Shown: positions 29,908 through 40,018 of the stretch, piece by piece | Numbering within the stretch: the first letter of the stretch is position 1 | Layout of the letters: each line of letters begins with the position of its first letter | Virus record (IMG/VR): IMGVR_UViG_3300044640_001495 | Span: 248,001-312,000 of that record | Length of the DNA: 64,000 bases | Strand: one strand, 5' to 3' | The notes under the pieces: model-generated | Told to the model about the DNA's origin: nothing | Databases searched by the model: none | Seen by the model: only the letters and a program-made list of their open reading frames with translations | Position numbers and translations under genes: made by a program

Positions 29908-30363
29908 ATGAATTGGTATGACAGGGTTAGCAAAGATATAAGCAACATTCCCGATGCTGTGGCCTATTATGAAGCTGAGTTAATCGAAGCAAAACAAGAT
30001 GTCCGCATAGCGGGAAACATCGAGAAGGCAAGTTCGCAGATGCCCGGCATTGTGGAAGAACGCTTTAATCAACTTCAAGAAATTGAAGGTATCCTTGAGT
30101 ACTTAAACATTGAACTTCGTAGACTTCGCAGTCAACACTTTCGCAAATATCTCGAAAACTACCAACGTCAACTAAGCTCTAGAGACTGTGAAAAGTTTGT
30201 AGAAGGTGAAGCTGACGTGGTAGATTTTGAAAAAATTATCAACGATTTTGCCCTACTTAGAAACAAGTGGTTGGGCATTATTAAAGCACTCGATCAGAAA
30301 CAATGGCATCTCAGCAACATTGTTAAATTACGAGTGTCGGGATTAGAAGACGCATCATTATGA
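29908..30363 (+). CDS. uvsY: recombination mediator UvsY-like
   Basis: Helical; HFRKYLENY, KFVEGE, LGIIKALDQKQWHLSNIVK; follows uvsX. Confidence 0.8.
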   Translation: MNWYDRVSKDISNIPDAVAYYEAELIEAKQDVRIAGNIEKASSQMPGIVEERFNQLQEIEGILEYLNIELRRLRSQHFRKYLENYQRQLSSRDCEKFVEGEADVVDFEKIINDFALLRNKWLGIIKALDQKQWHLSNIVKLRVSGLEDASL

Positions 30364-31325
30364 ACATCTTAGTAACTGGCGGCCAAGGACTTATCGGACA
30401 CAATGTAGTAAGTAAATTAGAAACACAAGGACATAGTGTTGTAGTTGCCGATACTCAAACTAATTATGGAATTATCCCACAGCCAGAACTCGTTTACCTA
30501 TTATCTGAACGTTCTAAAAAAATAAAATCAAGCGAAGTTTATCTTATAGATATATGCGATCCAATTGGCATGAATCAGTTATTTTCAAAATATAATTTTG
30601 ATATTGTAATTCATCTTGCTAGTTTTCCAAGACAAAAAGTAGTTAATGCTAACCCAGCACTTGGCTCACGTACTATGAGTGAAGGACTGCTTAATCTATT
30701 AGAACTAAGTGTAAAGTATAATGTAAAGAGATTTGTTTACACGAGCTCTAGTATGGTCTACGGTGATTTTACAGATTTTGTTAAAGAAGATGCAGTATGC
30801 CGTCCGCAAGGACAATACGGCATTATGAAACTTGCAGGTGAGTGGTTAATTAAAGACTACACACGTAAGTATGGAATAGAACATACAATATTTCGTCCAA
30901 GTGCAGTGTATGGCCCGCTTGATGTTGAAGACCGCGTTATTAGCAAATTTTTGTTAACTGCCATGCGAGGAGGCGTTCTCAAAGTAAACGGCGTTAATGA
31001 AACTCTAGACTTTACCTATGTGGACGATGCGGCCGACGGAATTGTAGCAGCTTCTCTTGCAAAAAATACTGCAAATAAAACTTACAACATAACCAAAAGT
31101 CATAGTAAGACACTGTTGTCTGCTGCTGAATTAGCAGTTAGCCTAGCAGGTAAAGGCACAGTCGAAGTCAAGGAAAAGGATGCGGATTTTCCTAGTCGCG
31201 GTGCATTAGACATTACCGCAGCACGTCGAGATTTTGGGTTTGATCCTAAAGTTGATATCGACGAAGGATTTGAAATATATTATCGCTGGATTAAAAATTC
31301 AGAATACTGGAAGAAAAATTTATGA
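30360..31325 (+). CDS. NAD-dependent nucleotide-sugar epimerase/dehydratase (extended SDR)
   Basis: TGGQGLIG, SSSMVYG, YGIMK (YxxxK), RPSAVYGP, DFTYVDD. Confidence 0.9.
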   Translation: MNILVTGGQGLIGHNVVSKLETQGHSVVVADTQTNYGIIPQPELVYLLSERSKKIKSSEVYLIDICDPIGMNQLFSKYNFDIVIHLASFPRQKVVNANPALGSRTMSEGLLNLLELSVKYNVKRFVYTSSSMVYGDFTDFVKEDAVCRPQGQYGIMKLAGEWLIKDYTRKYGIEHTIFRPSAVYGPLDVEDRVISKFLLTAMRGGVLKVNGVNETLDFTYVDDAADGIVAASLAKNTANKTYNITKSHSKTLLSAAELAVSLAGKGTVEVKEKDADFPSRGALDITAARRDFGFDPKVDIDEGFEIYYRWIKNSEYWKKNL

Positions 31326-32008
31326 TTCCAAAAATAATACATCATGTTTGGCCAGGTGATGATCCTTTTAGAGAAAAGTTTCATGCTTGGAGAGAAAGTT
31401 GGATGCGACTGCACCCAGACTGGACTTTTTATTTTTGGAGAACTTCTAATCTACCTGAAAATATAAATTCTTTGGCAAAACAAATATTGTTAAATCCATC
31501 GTATGCAATCACTCCTAAATCCGATGTACTGAGATTTGAAGTATTACGAATATACGGAGGAATTTATGTCGACACTGATATGGAATGTCTACGTCCGTTT
31601 GACGAATTTTTAAATCTTGATATGTTCACTGGATTTGAAGATGATTATAGAAGAGTATGCCCAAGTTTAATAGGCTGTGTTTCGGATCACCATCTGTTAA
31701 CTGAAATGTCTAACGTTAGTGTTTCTAGAGCAATAAAATATGGACCTGAAGTTTCTAACGAAAGACCTCATGTTATCACTAGCGTAAAACCTTTTACAAA
31801 AATAATGCAAAAATACTTTAATGACGAGGATTTTGCACAAAGAAAAGTTGAAGACGAAAAAGTTAAAATATTTTCTAAAGATTATTTTTACCCTGTATAT
31901 TTTAACGAAAAGCATCGCCTTACCGAAGAAGCTCCAAATTCTTATGCCAAGCACCATTGGACAGGCAACGATCCCGATGGATGGACAAAAAATCCTAAGT
32001 TTCTGTAG
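31322..32008 (+). CDS. glycosyltransferase, GT32/OCH1-like DXD family
   Basis: MIPKIIHHVW, SDVLRFEVLRIYGGIYVDTD, YAKHHWTG. Confidence 0.88.
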   Translation: MIPKIIHHVWPGDDPFREKFHAWRESWMRLHPDWTFYFWRTSNLPENINSLAKQILLNPSYAITPKSDVLRFEVLRIYGGIYVDTDMECLRPFDEFLNLDMFTGFEDDYRRVCPSLIGCVSDHHLLTEMSNVSVSRAIKYGPEVSNERPHVITSVKPFTKIMQKYFNDEDFAQRKVEDEKVKIFSKDYFYPVYFNEKHRLTEEAPNSYAKHHWTGNDPDGWTKNPKFL

Positions 32009-32774
32009 TCCAGTATGGAAATTTAAAAATTACATCGGATACTGGCTTAGGATATTTGTAATCCACATATTGTGTTTCGCATTTGTGATTAATAGCTAAT
32101 TTAGTATCTTGTTTTTTAAGTGCATCGAGTACTTCGTTCGGATCTCGATACTGCGATTCTATACAACTTTCAACTTTACTTTTTATTCGATTGTCGTTGC
32201 CAATCCATGTCCAGTGCCAGCCTACTATATCGGGATGTCTAACACAATGACTTCTATTTTTTTTCTTGTATTGATCACCCTTGTATAATTCTTGAGGAGT
32301 GTTGAACATGCATTTTTTAGCAACAACTGGTCCACTCCATGTCCTGTATAATTTTTGATCAAATTTAAAGATGAACATATCTAACGTGCAATTTACTGGT
32401 TTATTTTCTTTTTCTAATAAATCTAAAATAGACTGTATCTTTTCAGGGTCTAATATTTCATCTAGATCTGAGTGAATTACAGTATCGTTTGCATCACATA
32501 GGTCAATTCCAGATTGCAAAGATGCTCTACTAAAATTTTCGCATTTCCAATCTTTGTAATCGGCCGGAATATCTAAATTTATTAACTGTATTTTGTTATT
32601 GTATTTTTGTTGATATTCGTCTATTCTAGCAGCCAAGTGGTACGGTTTTTCTTTCCCGCTCCATGTCCGATTGCCTTCTAAAATAATCCACTTATCTACA
32701 TAGTTGTTTGAAATGTCTAATCTGATATCTAACATTTCAAACTCGTCGTTAAACATAAAAGTATCAATAATCAT
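31995..32774 (-). CDS. glycosyltransferase, GT17-like (beta-1,4-GlcNAc transferase family)
   Basis: MIIDTFMFNDEFEMLDIRL, ILEGNRTWSG.KP, HSDLDEI, GWHWTW. Confidence 0.8.
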   Translation of the reverse strand: MIIDTFMFNDEFEMLDIRLDISNNYVDKWIILEGNRTWSGKEKPYHLAARIDEYQQKYNNKIQLINLDIPADYKDWKCENFSRASLQSGIDLCDANDTVIHSDLDEILDPEKIQSILDLLEKENKPVNCTLDMFIFKFDQKLYRTWSGPVVAKKCMFNTPQELYKGDQYKKKNRSHCVRHPDIVGWHWTWIGNDNRIKSKVESCIESQYRDPNEVLDALKKQDTKLAINHKCETQYVDYKYPKPVSDVIFKFPYWTTET

Positions 32775-32776
32775 TT

Positions 32777-33412
32777 TTAAAATTTATAAATTACTTGATG
32801 AGCATCATAAATGGGGAATTTATTTTTTTTCTCTAAATATTCTATGATAAGTCTTCCTTTGCCAGTCCGTCTTTTAGAATCTTCAAAGGTTGAATTATCG
32901 TCAATAGCAACAATAGCACCTGGCTTTAAAAATCTTTCTATTTCTAAAAACTCATTGAGATGATGGGTGGCGCTACCCAAGTCGTTGTTCCATTTAACGT
33001 TCATACTATCTAGATAGAATAAATCAACCAAATTTAAATCTGGTTGATCCCTGAGCCACATAACACTGTCTGCACAATAAGATTGATGATATTTTTTATC
33101 TATGTATTGATTGGCTGATTCTACAGCTTCTAAATCAATATCAACCGACCTAACAAATCCACCGTGAAATTTTACAAAATCTGCAAAAATAAAGCCACTG
33201 TTCCCATCCTTCCAATTATTTGGTTTTCTTGTTGATCCAGTTTCTATAATTAAGAAATTATTAGGTTTTATCGAAAGAAGTTCTTTAAAAACAATCTCAA
33301 ATCCGTTGCCTCGGTGATACAATCCTGGCGTTAGTCCTCGTTTAGAAAAGCTAACATTTACGTCTAAATGAGGTTTAAAAATATTTTGATAATGCGAGAT
33401 CCATGTGTTCAT
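32777..33412 (-). CDS. class I SAM-dependent methyltransferase, Methyltransf_24-like
   Basis: IIETGS, SVDID, DLFYLDS, IVAIDDN..GKG. Confidence 0.78.
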   Translation of the reverse strand: MNTWISHYQNIFKPHLDVNVSFSKRGLTPGLYHRGNGFEIVFKELLSIKPNNFLIIETGSTRKPNNWKDGNSGFIFADFVKFHGGFVRSVDIDLEAVESANQYIDKKYHQSYCADSVMWLRDQPDLNLVDLFYLDSMNVKWNNDLGSATHHLNEFLEIERFLKPGAIVAIDDNSTFEDSKRRTGKGRLIIEYLEKKNKFPIYDAHQVIYKF

Positions 33413-33458
33413 ATAGAATATTTAGCATCATTAACTGCTCTGATAAATATTCGATATG
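33410..33458. promoter_or_regulatory. back-to-back late promoters forming an imperfect 17-bp inverted repeat
   Basis: Minus strand GCTAAATA-TTCTAT-ATG and plus strand GATAAATA-TTCGAT-ATG; 15 of 17 positions identical. Confidence 0.75.
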
Positions 33459-34184
33459 AATAAAACGATTTTAATTTCTTCTATCTTCAGAAATTCTGAA
33501 AAAAAGTTAAACCGATATCATGAGCAATTAAAAACTTTAGTTTTAGGATTTCCTGATATTAAATTCCTGCTCTCTATTTACGAAAACGATTCGTCAGACC
33601 ATACTAAAGATATTTTACATTCTTTAGACTGGTCGTTTGTTTCTGAAAAATCTATAATAACAGAAAATATAGGAACTGACTTTTACGGGTCAGTAGTTGA
33701 CGAGCAACGGGTAAAAAATTTAGCAAGCGCAAGAAATAAAACACTCGATGTTGGAGATTTTTTAAATAAATCCAATTATGTTCTTTCAATAGAATCTGAC
33801 ATACAGTACGATTTAGAATGTGCTCAACGAATTATAAATTTTGAATCTGACTACGGAATTGAAGCCGATATTGTATCAGCTGTTAGTTGCAAACCTAGTA
33901 AATATGACAGAAAACGGTTATATGACCTTTGGGGGACTCGAAGAACTCCAGATGAAGAGTGGGGTAGTATTGATAACGGTACAGATTATAAAGAATATTA
34001 TGCTACCTACAACTGTTTTTGTTTTTACAAATCAGAACCAATAAAAAAGGGAGCAAAATTTGGATGGTATAACAATCGATTAAAAAAGTTTGATTGTGAT
34101 ACAATGGTCATTTGTGAAAATTTTAGAGACATCGGCCATAACAAAATTTATATAAATCACCTTGCCAATTGCTGGCATATTTAA
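33456..34184 (+). CDS. GT-A fold glycosyltransferase-like protein
   Basis: SIFRNSE, SIYENDSSD, LASARNK, IESD, LYDLWG.R, FDCDTMVICENF. Confidence 0.65.
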   Translation: MNKTILISSIFRNSEKKLNRYHEQLKTLVLGFPDIKFLLSIYENDSSDHTKDILHSLDWSFVSEKSIITENIGTDFYGSVVDEQRVKNLASARNKTLDVGDFLNKSNYVLSIESDIQYDLECAQRIINFESDYGIEADIVSAVSCKPSKYDRKRLYDLWGTRRTPDEEWGSIDNGTDYKEYYATYNCFCFYKSEPIKKGAKFGWYNNRLKKFDCDTMVICENFRDIGHNKIYINHLANCWHI

Positions 34185-34186
34185 CT

Positions 34187-35359
34187 ATGAAAAAATACAC
34201 CTGGCCCTTAATGAAAGACACAATAACATTTTTAGATAAACTAAAAATGATAAATTTTATTCTTAGATCAAATAAATTTACAAACGGTAATCAAGTCAAA
34301 CAATTTGAAAAAGAATGGAGTGAATGGTTGAATGTAGACCACAGTCTTTTTGTATCGTCTGGTAGTACTGCCAATTTATTACTACTGTCTGCTGTAAAAG
34401 AAAAGTTCGGATTAAAAGATCAAGACAAAATTGTTGTGCCTGCCTGCACTTGGGTCACAAACATATCCCCAGTTATACAATGCGGACTACAACCTATTTT
34501 TTGTGATATTAATTTTGAAAACTACAGTTTTGATCTTGACCACCTTAAAAAAATCTCGTTAGAGCATCCAGATATAAAAGGAATATTTGTAACTCACTTG
34601 TTGGGGTTTGATGCAAACATAGAAAAAATTAAAGAAATAATTCCCAGTGCGTTGATCTTAGAAGATGTATGCGAATCACACGGTGTTACAGATAGCATTG
34701 GGAATAAAAGAGGATCTTCTTCTTTAGGAGCTACATTTAGTTTTTATTTCGGACATCATATGACAACCATAGAAGGCGGCATGGTGTCTACGACTAACGA
34801 AGAGCTGCATGAACTAATGAGGCTGAAAAGAAGTCACGGATTAGCTAGAGAAGGTTCTCCTGCGTATTTTGAAAAATATAAAAAAGAATATCCAGATTTG
34901 CCTCCAAGTTTTCTTTTTTTAACAGAGGGCTACAATTTTAGAAATCATGAAATTCCAGCAGTATTAGGGCAAAGTCAACTAAAACGACTAACCAATATGG
35001 TAGATATTCGAAAAAACAACTTTATAAAATATTTTAATATAATAAAGAATTACGAAGATAAGTTTTACCTTCCGGAATTTAATGATACAAATAGTAGTTT
35101 TGCATTCCCGTTTGTGTCCAAATCTAAAAACACACACCTGCATCTTATTGAGGCTTTCACGAAATTCAATATCGAACATCGTCCAATAGTTAGCGGAAAT
35201 TTACTCGCCCATCCATTTTTAAAAGAATATAAGTTAGAGCCCGGGAGTAAAAATAATGTTAATCTTTTACACAATAATGGAGTGTATATTGGCAATAATC
35301 ATTTTGTAAATCAACAAGATTTCGATGTATTAACTATAATTTTAGAGAGTATAAAATGA
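34187..35359 (+). CDS. PLP-dependent sugar enzyme of the DegT fold, ColD-like GDP-4-keto-6-deoxymannose 3-dehydratase
   Basis: SSGSTANL, LEDVCESHG, SFYFGHHMTTIEGG (His at the usual Schiff-base Lys), RPIVSGN; start ATG 34187. Confidence 0.8.
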   Translation: MKKYTWPLMKDTITFLDKLKMINFILRSNKFTNGNQVKQFEKEWSEWLNVDHSLFVSSGSTANLLLLSAVKEKFGLKDQDKIVVPACTWVTNISPVIQCGLQPIFCDINFENYSFDLDHLKKISLEHPDIKGIFVTHLLGFDANIEKIKEIIPSALILEDVCESHGVTDSIGNKRGSSSLGATFSFYFGHHMTTIEGGMVSTTNEELHELMRLKRSHGLAREGSPAYFEKYKKEYPDLPPSFLFLTEGYNFRNHEIPAVLGQSQLKRLTNMVDIRKNNFIKYFNIIKNYEDKFYLPEFNDTNSSFAFPFVSKSKNTHLHLIEAFTKFNIEHRPIVSGNLLAHPFLKEYKLEPGSKNNVNLLHNNGVYIGNNHFVNQQDFDVLTIILESIK

Positions 35360-36123
35360 AAACAATAGTAATTGCAACAGGTGGTTTTGACCCTATTCAT
35401 TCAGGTCATATTAACTATATCAAAGAGGCTAAAAAATTAGGCGATGTTTTAATCATAGGAGCAAACTCCGATGCCTGGTTGCGCCGCAAGAAAGGGCAAG
35501 AGTTTATGCCATGGGACGAACGTGCTAGTATTCTAAGTGCTATCAAAGATGTAGATCGTGTTATTAACTTTGACGACGCAGACGGTAGTGCAAAAGACGC
35601 TATTAGAAAAGTAAGATCAATATACCCCAACGATAAAATTGTATTCGCCAACGGCGGTGATCGTACTAAAACTAATATTCCTGAAATGGATGTACTAGAC
35701 GAAATGTTGCATTTAGAATTTGTTTTTGGTGTAGGCGGTGAACACAAAATGAATTCCAGTTCGTGGATATTACAAGAATGGAAAGCGCCTAAGACTGAAC
35801 GACAGTGGGGCTACTATCGTGTACTGCATGAAGTTCCTGGAATGAAAGTTAAAGAGCTCACTGTGGAGCCCGGAAAGAGCCTAAGTATGCAACGCCACCA
35901 ACTACGTGCTGAGTATTGGATGGTTAGTGAAGGCCAGTGTATAGTTAACAGCATGATGCCTAACGGGTATCGATTGCTACCTGCAGAATTAATTAAGCAC
36001 CAAGAATATAAAATTCCGGTTGCCGAGTGGCATCAATTAACAAACCCTTATGATGTACCTTGCAAGATTGTCGAAATACAATACGGGCAAAGCTGTATTG
36101 AAGAGGACATTGAAAGAGTATGA
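35356..36123 (+). CDS. cytidylyltransferase-like (HIGH) domain fused to a mannose-6-phosphate-isomerase-type cupin
   Basis: GGFDPIHSGH, ANGGDR; then ERQWGYYRVL, VEPGKSLSMQRH..RAEYW, EIQYG..EEDIER. Confidence 0.85.
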   Translation: MKTIVIATGGFDPIHSGHINYIKEAKKLGDVLIIGANSDAWLRRKKGQEFMPWDERASILSAIKDVDRVINFDDADGSAKDAIRKVRSIYPNDKIVFANGGDRTKTNIPEMDVLDEMLHLEFVFGVGGEHKMNSSSWILQEWKAPKTERQWGYYRVLHEVPGMKVKELTVEPGKSLSMQRHQLRAEYWMVSEGQCIVNSMMPNGYRLLPAELIKHQEYKIPVAEWHQLTNPYDVPCKIVEIQYGQSCIEEDIERV

Positions 36124-36923
36124 ACAATTGGATCTTTCTCAGCAAGGGCGGCGAAGACGAATATATCAATTCCTTTGCTATAGGCAGTGGCGGTAGAGTA
36201 ATCAATTCTGATGATTTTAATTATGACGACAGTGAAGATCCAATTGTTTTACGCGGAATCCTAAAACATAAAATAATGAAACGCTGTTGGTTTGAAGGCA
36301 GAGATTTTTATTTTATGGACACCGGATACATGGGCAATCAACGAGGTCCGTTGAATCCCATGGGCTGGAAGTTTTGGCACCGTATTGTAAAAAATGATCT
36401 GCAACATGATCAAGTAATTCACCGACCGCCTGATAGATTCAAGAAGCTGGCCATTCCAGTACATCGCTGGAAAAAAGGCGGTAGAAAAATACTTATTGCC
36501 AAACCTGATGAAAAACCCATGAAGTTCTACAATCTAGAACTAGAGCAATGGTTAGAAGAAACCATTGCAACTATTAAGCAATATACTGATCGTCCTATTG
36601 AAGTTAGAGAACGTGTAAAAAGTCGCACTGATAGAATGATCACTAACTCACTCAAAGAAGCTCTAGACGAAGATGTTCATGCGCTAGTGACATTTAACAG
36701 CAACGCTGCCACTGAAGCAGTGTTGTATGGATATCCTGCTTTCACTCTATGCTCAACACACGCAGCTAAATCTGTAACTGAACAAGATCTCAGCAAGATT
36801 GAAACACCATATTATCCCGATCTACAACAAGTTGAAGCGTGGGCACATCATTTGGCCTACTGTCAATTTCATGTCAGTGAACTTAAAGACGGCTCAGCCT
36901 GGAGAATGTTAAATGAACAATGA
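36120..36923 (+). CDS. GT-B / capsule-synthesis (KpsS/KpsC-like) glycosyltransferase, paralogue 1
   Basis: FMDTGY, KILIA, IEVRER, VTFNSNAATEAVLYGYP. Confidence 0.6.
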   Translation: MNNWIFLSKGGEDEYINSFAIGSGGRVINSDDFNYDDSEDPIVLRGILKHKIMKRCWFEGRDFYFMDTGYMGNQRGPLNPMGWKFWHRIVKNDLQHDQVIHRPPDRFKKLAIPVHRWKKGGRKILIAKPDEKPMKFYNLELEQWLEETIATIKQYTDRPIEVRERVKSRTDRMITNSLKEALDEDVHALVTFNSNAATEAVLYGYPAFTLCSTHAAKSVTEQDLSKIETPYYPDLQQVEAWAHHLAYCQFHVSELKDGSAWRMLNEQ

Positions 36924-38376
36924 TTTTTTACCCGTATACATCGGTTATGACAGCAGAGAAGACATAGCGTATCGAGTCTGTGAATATTCCATATATAAAA
37001 ATTCTTCTACGGCCGAGGTTAAATCTCTTAATCAGTCTAAACTTCGTAGAGATGGTTTATATTCTAGAGATGTTGATCAATTGGGATCAACAGAATTTAC
37101 TTTTACAAGATTTCTTGTTCCAACACTGACTAATTTCCAAGGATGGGCCTTGTTTTGCGACTGTGATTTTGTATGGGACGGTGATATTCAAGAAGTTTTT
37201 AAACAGGCAGATCCAAAATTTGCTGTGATGGTTGTCAAGCACGATCATGTGCCAACCAATACAACAAAAATGGACGGAAAAACACAGACACAATATCCTC
37301 GAAAAAATTGGAGTTCGATGATACTTTGGAACTGCGAGCATCCCAGCAACCAGCGGTTGACCATAGATGATGTCAACACCAAAGATGGTGCTTATCTACA
37401 TAGATTTCAATGGTTGCAAGATAATGAAATTGGAGAACTGCAAACAAAATTTAATTTTCTAGTAGGATGGAACAAGGAATCTGCTACCGGAAAACCGTTG
37501 GCCTATCACTGGACCGAAGGTGGTCCTTGGTTTGAAAATTATAGAACCTGCGAATATGCTGATGTTTGGTGGAAGTATCTTATAGACTACGCCAATGAAA
37601 TAGGCAGAAATAATACGCAGGTATATGCACCTATTACCTGGGTGACTAGTCTATCTAGAGAGTATTATAATTATGCAGCCAATTTAACACTACCGTCGTG
37701 GGATAAATTGCCCGGAGATGTAGTTTTTGTTTGGGATGACAAGCCGGTGGATCTAGGTTTTGGCAAAGTCTATAATTTTTGGAAAGATGTAGCAAGTCCA
37801 GAAGACCCCTGGATAAAAGAAGGTATGGGCGGTAGCAAAGCTGATAGATTCTGGAAGAAGAGTCGTACACAAGTATGGGCTGCTAGAAAATTTCGAGGGC
37901 TGGTGGTGTGGATAGATGCTGATATAATGGTAGAAAAAGAGTTGTCACGAGCCAAGGCCATGGAAATTTTACATCCAGGCAACAATATCTGGGCAACACT
38001 AGACACTGGGTCAGATTGGCCGCACAAAGACGATTGCCCCATAGACACCGGTATAGTGGCATTTGATACAAAGAATCCAGAATTTAATAATTTTATTAGA
38101 GACTATTCTATGACCTGGTACAACGGCGATATTTTTAAATTGCCGCAGCCATACGATCATCATGCAGCAAATTATGTGAGACGAAAATGGCCCATGTCAA
38201 CATATTGTCCACACTACAACAATTGGTTAACTATTCCTCAAGGCCATATCAGTAGATTTGCCATGGAAAACAGCAGACTGAAAGATTATTTTACACACTA
38301 TCTTGGTATAGATAGAAAAGAACTGTTAAACAACAACAGTACCAAGAAAGAAAAGAAAGATAAAGGCACCAAGTGA
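36913..38376 (+). CDS. two-domain GT-A glycosyltransferase fusion
   Basis: N-domain YIGYDSRE, STEFTFTRFLVP, FCDCD, KNWSSMILWN, HWTEGGPW; C-domain VVWIDAD, IDTGIV, YD. Confidence 0.78.
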   Translation: MNNDFLPVYIGYDSREDIAYRVCEYSIYKNSSTAEVKSLNQSKLRRDGLYSRDVDQLGSTEFTFTRFLVPTLTNFQGWALFCDCDFVWDGDIQEVFKQADPKFAVMVVKHDHVPTNTTKMDGKTQTQYPRKNWSSMILWNCEHPSNQRLTIDDVNTKDGAYLHRFQWLQDNEIGELQTKFNFLVGWNKESATGKPLAYHWTEGGPWFENYRTCEYADVWWKYLIDYANEIGRNNTQVYAPITWVTSLSREYYNYAANLTLPSWDKLPGDVVFVWDDKPVDLGFGKVYNFWKDVASPEDPWIKEGMGGSKADRFWKKSRTQVWAARKFRGLVVWIDADIMVEKELSRAKAMEILHPGNNIWATLDTGSDWPHKDDCPIDTGIVAFDTKNPEFNNFIRDYSMTWYNGDIFKLPQPYDHHAANYVRRKWPMSTYCPHYNNWLTIPQGHISRFAMENSRLKDYFTHYLGIDRKELLNNNSTKKEKKDKGTK

Positions 38377-39308
38377 AATTTGTTTCCTATCTGGCCTGTT
38401 TACCGCCTAACAATAAAAATGTAGAGAAAGGCGAGATCCTTGATCGATACGCTATGGGAGTAGCCTACATGGGTGATCAAGTTATAGCCCATACTCAACG
38501 AACATTAGTAGACGCAGACGTGGCCATGATGATAGGTTGGGTACATGAAAATTCCAAAGAAAGTTCTCATTTGGATTTTCGCAAGCAGATTATCGATTAT
38601 CAAAGAGCCAAAGGCAAACGAGTGTTGCTTGCAGACAGCAATTTATTTCTTTATAAAAACACAGCCAACCCATTGCACTACTTGAGATACAGCTATGATG
38701 GAATATTTCCCAATACTGGTAATTACTGTGACAAAGAAATTGATCCTGCCCGCTGGAAAAAATTATCTACAGATCTAGGTATCAATCTTAGAGATTATAG
38801 ATCAAACGGCAATCATATTCTATTATGCCTTCAAAGAAATGGCGGGTGGAGCATGGGTGGCTACGATGTTATTGACTGGACAGCAAAAACAATCAAAGAA
38901 CTACGCAAACATTCTACGAGAGACATCGTTATTCGTGCGCATCCAGGAGACAAAGGAGCCAAGGGATATCTAAGTCCCAACAACCTCATTAAAAAAATAG
39001 GCATGTTGAAAGGAGTGAGATTATCCAGAGATGGACACTCGTTGGAACATGATTTAAAAAATTGTTGGGCAGTGGTCAATCATAATTCCAGTCCTACTGT
39101 GGGTGCTGCCATTGAAGGGTTTCCTATTTTTGTTACAGACCCTACAAGAAGTCAATGCGCAGAAATTGCCAACACTGATCTAGCCCAAATCGAAAATCCC
39201 AACCTTCCGGACAGACAAACTTGGGCAGAAAGACTGGCCATGTTTCATTGGAACTTTGCCGAAATTGAAAGCGGCGAGTGTTGGGCACATATGAGAAAAT
39301 ACGTATGA
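38373..39308 (+). CDS. GT-B / capsule-synthesis-like glycosyltransferase, paralogue 2
   Basis: HILLCLQR, IVIRAHP, VVNHNSSPTVGAAIEGFP; GTG start. Confidence 0.6.
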   Translation: MKFVSYLACLPPNNKNVEKGEILDRYAMGVAYMGDQVIAHTQRTLVDADVAMMIGWVHENSKESSHLDFRKQIIDYQRAKGKRVLLADSNLFLYKNTANPLHYLRYSYDGIFPNTGNYCDKEIDPARWKKLSTDLGINLRDYRSNGNHILLCLQRNGGWSMGGYDVIDWTAKTIKELRKHSTRDIVIRAHPGDKGAKGYLSPNNLIKKIGMLKGVRLSRDGHSLEHDLKNCWAVVNHNSSPTVGAAIEGFPIFVTDPTRSQCAEIANTDLAQIENPNLPDRQTWAERLAMFHWNFAEIESGECWAHMRKYV

Positions 39309-40018
39309 ACATAGAAATTATAACAAGTTTTAATCAAAGGTATTATGATCTTATAGGTAAAGATTGTGTTGAAACATGGCTCAAATACTGGCCAAAAGAA
39401 TTGACATTGACATGTTATGTAGAAGAATTTTATTTGCCGGAACATCCTAGATTGAAACAGATATCGTTTGACGATTTTAAATCTGAGTATTATGAATTTC
39501 AGACCACTGCTGAGAAACAGGTTAAAAAGTTTGCAAAAAAAGCATTTAGTTTTATCCATGCTATGGAAAACTCAACAGCAGATAGAATTGTTTGGGTAGA
39601 TGCTGATGTGTTATCAGTGAAAGAGTTGCCAATGGATTTATTATTGGAAGTACTACCCAATGAGGTACTTAGCACTCATATGGGAGTGACATACTTTGCG
39701 GCTAAAGATGGAAGTCCCGGTAGGTGGTTCGTTCCAGAGACTGGATTCTTTGCAGTTAATACTCGTCATCCGCAGTTTAAAGAATTTGCCAGTGAATACA
39801 AAAGACATTACGTAGAACGCGACAACACCATGTTGAGAAGATTTTATGACAACGATGTCTATGGATATGTTTTTGAGAAATTAAAAGCCCCGGGAAATGA
39901 TCTTTGCAAAGATTTCACCAAGGGCTATAAGACACCGTTGCGTCATACTGTGCTTGGACCTTACATTGAACACTACAAGGCCAAACATTCTAAACACGAA
40001 TTTAGCCTGGAGAACTGA
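39305..40018 (+). CDS. GT-A glycosyltransferase-like protein (start ATG 39305)
   Basis: FAKKAFS, VWVDAD, ETGFF, FYDNDVY, EHYKAK. Confidence 0.65.
   Translation: MNIEIITSFNQRYYDLIGKDCVETWLKYWPKELTLTCYVEEFYLPEHPRLKQISFDDFKSEYYEFQTTAEKQVKKFAKKAFSFIHAMENSTADRIVWVDADVLSVKELPMDLLLEVLPNEVLSTHMGVTYFAAKDGSPGRWFVPETGFFAVNTRHPQFKEFASEYKRHYVERDNTMLRRFYDNDVYGYVFEKLKAPGNDLCKDFTKGYKTPLRHTVLGPYIEHYKAKHSKHEFSLEN

Noticed and set aside
34187-35359. Ordinary DegT/perosamine-synthase aminotransferase
   Set aside because: The Schiff-base Lys position is His (GHHMTTIEGG), which points to the ColD/E1 dehydratase branch.
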